A stretch of DNA of 49,869 nt from Thermoproteota archaeon (GTDB taxonomy: Archaea; Thermoproteota; EX4484-205; JAAOZP01), in the NCBI GenBank assembly GCA_049700215.1, contig JBNAVT010000014.1, positions 1 through 49,869 on the forward strand. Reading direction: 5' to 3'. A model generated the notes under the pieces. The model was not told the origin of the DNA, did not search any database, and saw nothing but the letters and a program-made list of their open reading frames with translations. The position numbers and the translations under genes were made by a program. Of the stretch, positions 47,367 to 49,869 are shown one piece after another (positions within the stretch are counted from its first letter, which is position 1; every line of letters begins with the position of its first letter).

Positions 47367-48956
47367 ATGCCAGAATACTCTGTTTCACCAGAGGGGATTA
47401 AATACAGGATTCCCACTAGGGATGAGTTGAAGGCTGAGCTTGCAAGCATAAGCAGGGTTGTGGAGGATCAGCGGGCTAAGGGGAGGGAGATAGTTACAGT
47501 CATGGGGCTGGGTTTCGTCGGAGCAGTCATGGCTGCAGTCGTCGCGGACGCGAAGGATTCTCCATACTTTGTGCTCGGCTACCAGAGGCCTTCGAAAAGA
47601 TCCTACTGGAAGATTCCCTACATAAACTCGGGTAAGCCTCCCGTCAGCGCGGAGGATCCTGAGATACCTGAAATATTCAGGAGGACCGTTATCGAGAAGA
47701 AGACCCTGATGGCTACGGGCTGCGAAGAGTCGCTGGGGCTTGCTGACGTAATAGTGGTCGACATACAGCTGGACGCTGCTAAGCCTATTTTCGGAAAAGC
47801 TGAAGCAGGATACGTTGAGCTGGATGCTTTCAAAGCCGGCTGCAGAACAATAGGGAGATACATGAGGGAGGATGCACTCGTACTGGTTGAAACCACCGTG
47901 CCCCCCGGAACCTGTGAGAGAATCGTCCTCCCAATACTGAGGGAGGAGAGGGAGAAAAGGGGCATAACTAAGCCGCCGTATCTCGCTCACTCTTACGAAA
48001 GGGTCATGCCCGGTAGGAAATACGTCAGCTCGATAAGGGACTTTTGGAGAACCTGGGCTGGGATAGACAGGGAGAGTGCTGAGCGTGCAAGGAGGTTCCT
48101 TTCCCGCGTGATAACCTATCCCCTCTACGAGGCTGAAAACACAACAGCCTCTGAAGTCGCGAAGGTACTGGAGAACTCCTACAGGGCTGTTAACATTGCT
48201 TTCATCTACGATTGGACGCTTAGGGCTGAGGAAATAGGTATAGACCTTTGGAAGGTTCTGCCCGGGATAAGGGTTCGCCCAACCCACAGCAACATTATGA
48301 ACCCTGGGCTGGGCGTAGGCGGATACTGTTTAACGAAGGACAGCGTGCTGGCTAACTGGGCTTTCAAGGAAATATTTGGATGCAGCGATGGTGTGCCATA
48401 CACTATAGAAGCGATAAACATAAACGATAAAATGCCCCTTCACACCGCCGACCTTGTTGCGGACGCTCTTAAGGAGAGCGGGAGGAATATTGAGGGTTCA
48501 ACCGTAGCGGTTCTCGGAGCCTCCTACCTTGCTGACATAGGTGATACTCGCCACTCGCCTTCAGAGATCCTGATAAGAAGGCTTAGGGAAATGGGTGCAG
48601 AAGTAAGGGTTCACGACCCCTATGTGAAGTCCTGGCCGGAGTTCGCTCAGCAGGATGAGGACGAGTTCTCGCTTGCAAAGCAATTCAGGAACCAGGAGGA
48701 CTTGAAGAATTTGAGTGTTGAGCAGGACCTTAATAAGGTTGTTAAGGGTGCTGACGCCATAGTCTTCGCCGTTAGGCACAGCCATTACCTTCAGCTTGAG
48801 CCTAAGGAGGTTCTAAGGATCAACGGGGGTACTCCAGCAGTCGTGGATGCTTTCAACATAATCGATGACGACAAGATAATCGAGTACTTGAGGAACGGGT
48901 GTGCTGTCAGAGGAGTTGGAAAGGGACATATAAAGAGGCTTAAACAGCTAGTATAG
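47367..48956 (+). CDS. Nucleotide-sugar dehydrogenase (UDP-glucose/GDP-mannose dehydrogenase family)
   Basis: GLGFVG, ETTVPPGT, ERVMPG, KVLENSYRAVNIA, GVGGYCLTKD (catalytic Cys), DTRHSP, HDPYV. Confidence 0.92.
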   Translation: MPEYSVSPEGIKYRIPTRDELKAELASISRVVEDQRAKGREIVTVMGLGFVGAVMAAVVADAKDSPYFVLGYQRPSKRSYWKIPYINSGKPPVSAEDPEIPEIFRRTVIEKKTLMATGCEESLGLADVIVVDIQLDAAKPIFGKAEAGYVELDAFKAGCRTIGRYMREDALVLVETTVPPGTCERIVLPILREEREKRGITKPPYLAHSYERVMPGRKYVSSIRDFWRTWAGIDRESAERARRFLSRVITYPLYEAENTTASEVAKVLENSYRAVNIAFIYDWTLRAEEIGIDLWKVLPGIRVRPTHSNIMNPGLGVGGYCLTKDSVLANWAFKEIFGCSDGVPYTIEAININDKMPLHTADLVADALKESGRNIEGSTVAVLGASYLADIGDTRHSPSEILIRRLREMGAEVRVHDPYVKSWPEFAQQDEDEFSLAKQFRNQEDLKNLSVEQDLNKVVKGADAIVFAVRHSHYLQLEPKEVLRINGGTPAVVDAFNIIDDDKIIEYLRNGCAVRGVGKGHIKRLKQLV

Positions 48957-49004
48957 GATCTTTCAAATAACCTTTATAAATGACTATTCAAGGGGCAGGA
49001 ACAT

Positions 49005-49350
49005 ATGAATTCGCATGAAAGACTCCATACCACGTTTTTGCATAAGGAACCCGACAAGGTTCCGATATTTGAGCAGGGCATTGCCTCTAATGTTGCTTCG
49101 GAAATTCTCAAAAGACCAGCCTTTACAGGCTCAGGTGGTACGGGATGGTTTGAATTAGCGAAATATCTTTACGAGGGACGACGAGATTTCTTAGTAAGGC
49201 GGATCGGTGAAGATACTGTTGAACTATATAATAAGCTTGATATGGATCTTGTTCGTGGTCGCCTAGTACCATTAAAGGGGCCCTCCAAGAAATTGGATAA
49301 GTTAACATATTACTATGAAGATGATTACGGTTTCTGGTCCATTAGACGAT
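49005..49350 (+). pseudogene. 5' fragment of a URO-D/methyltransferase-superfamily gene
   Basis: MNSHERLHTTFLHKEPDKVP N-terminal signature (compare LTSRERVLMALKHKEADRIP of 33052-34134). TATA-like TTTATAAA at 48973-48980. Truncated at ~115 aa by the GC palindrome. Confidence 0.7.
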
Positions 49351-49363
49351 TAGCGCGCGCGCT
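49351..49363. repeat. Junction palindrome copy 3, TAGCGCGCGCGCT
   Basis: One GC unit longer than copies 1 and 2; lies precisely between two unrelated gene fragments. Confidence 0.85.
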
Positions 49364-49659
49364 GTAAGGAAGGCATACCACTCATGCGCCCACTCTTCTT
49401 CGACTTCCCATTCGATGAGAACGTTTATGATGTAGAAGATGAATTTATGTTCGGTTCAGATGTTTTGGTAGCACCAGTATATGATGAAGGAGTGAAGAGT
49501 AGAAGGGTGTACCTTCCAAAAGGAATAAGATGGATCGATGCTTGGAACAGCAATGTTTATGAAGGAGGACAATGGATTAGCCGTGCAACCCCGCTAGAAA
49601 TAATTCCGATATTTCTGCGCGAGGGTGCAAAAATATCGCTTGCAAAATTGAATAAATGA
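49363..49659 (+). pseudogene. 3' fragment of a GH31 glycoside hydrolase gene
   Basis: CKEGIPLMRPLFFDFP..EFMFGSDVLVAPV..VYLPKG..PLEIIPIFLREG aligns by eye with CETGIPIARPLVLEY..YLFGPSLLVIPV..YYLPKG..PLHVIPLFVREN of the intact GH31. Catalytic domain absent. Confidence 0.85.
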
Positions 49660-49780
49660 AAAAACTATAATTTTATGATTTAACTTAATTCCTTATCAGC
49701 GTGCGCTTGTATCAATCGCTGGTAAAGCCCCCTTGTTGAAGCATCTCGGTAAGCCTATCTAATTCCCTATTAGTGGCGTG

Positions 49781-49869
49781 CTACTTCAAGTGATAGATGT
49801 TTAACGCGTTCTCGTAAAGCAGGTTTCTAGCAGCTTCAAGAGCAAGCTCCACATCCAAATAATCTTTTT
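49781..49869 (-). CDS. C-terminus of a probable amidohydrolase-family protein (runs off window)
   Basis: Minus frame reads KDYLDVELALEAARNLLYENALNIYHLK*, a typical amidohydrolase terminal helix (L..NA..Y.L). Confidence 0.5.
   Translation of the reverse strand, partial: KDYLDVELALEAARNLLYENALNIYHLK

Noticed and set aside
47385-48287. 300-aa antisense ORF
   Set aside because: It shadows a well-supported dehydrogenase and has no recognisable motifs.
1-49869. CRISPR arrays, rRNA/tRNA genes, inteins, transposases
   Set aside because: No regularly spaced repeats or diagnostic motifs found by eye, and intergenic gaps are mostly under 200 bp. A tRNAscan/Infernal run would be needed to exclude small RNAs.

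Overview
Gene-dense window from a probable archaeon: TATA/BRE-like boxes sit about 25-30 nt before start codons, and it carries DUF2208, DUF2284, GH57 and archaeal PAPS-reductase-type genes. A TACK lineage such as Brockarchaeota or Bathyarchaeia is an inference only. Carbohydrate metabolism dominates: GH78, GH35, GH116, GH38 and GH31 hydrolases, an MFS transporter, a fucose-isomerase-like enzyme, a PMI-like cupin, a fused transketolase, an alpha-glucan/glycogen cluster (nucleotidyltransferase, GT4s, GalT-like, GH57), a heparinase-like/DegT/amidohydrolase/URO-D-like block, and a kinase-pyrophosphorylase-dehydrogenase operon. I found no rRNA, tRNA, CRISPR array, transposase or integrase. The most unusual signal is a short palindromic linker, TA(GC)4-5T, at 22809, 23492 and 49351. 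Each copy lies exactly at a junction of broken genes. Two copies bracket a ~670-bp NUDIX-carrying segment that replaces the middle of a PAPS-reductase-family gene, and the third fuses a truncated URO-D-like gene to the tail of a GH31 gene. This suggests an undescribed end-joining or recombination scar, or else an assembly artefact. Two other genes (DUF2284 and a Zn-type dehydrogenase) are frameshifted. All product calls come from motif recognition by eye, without database searches.
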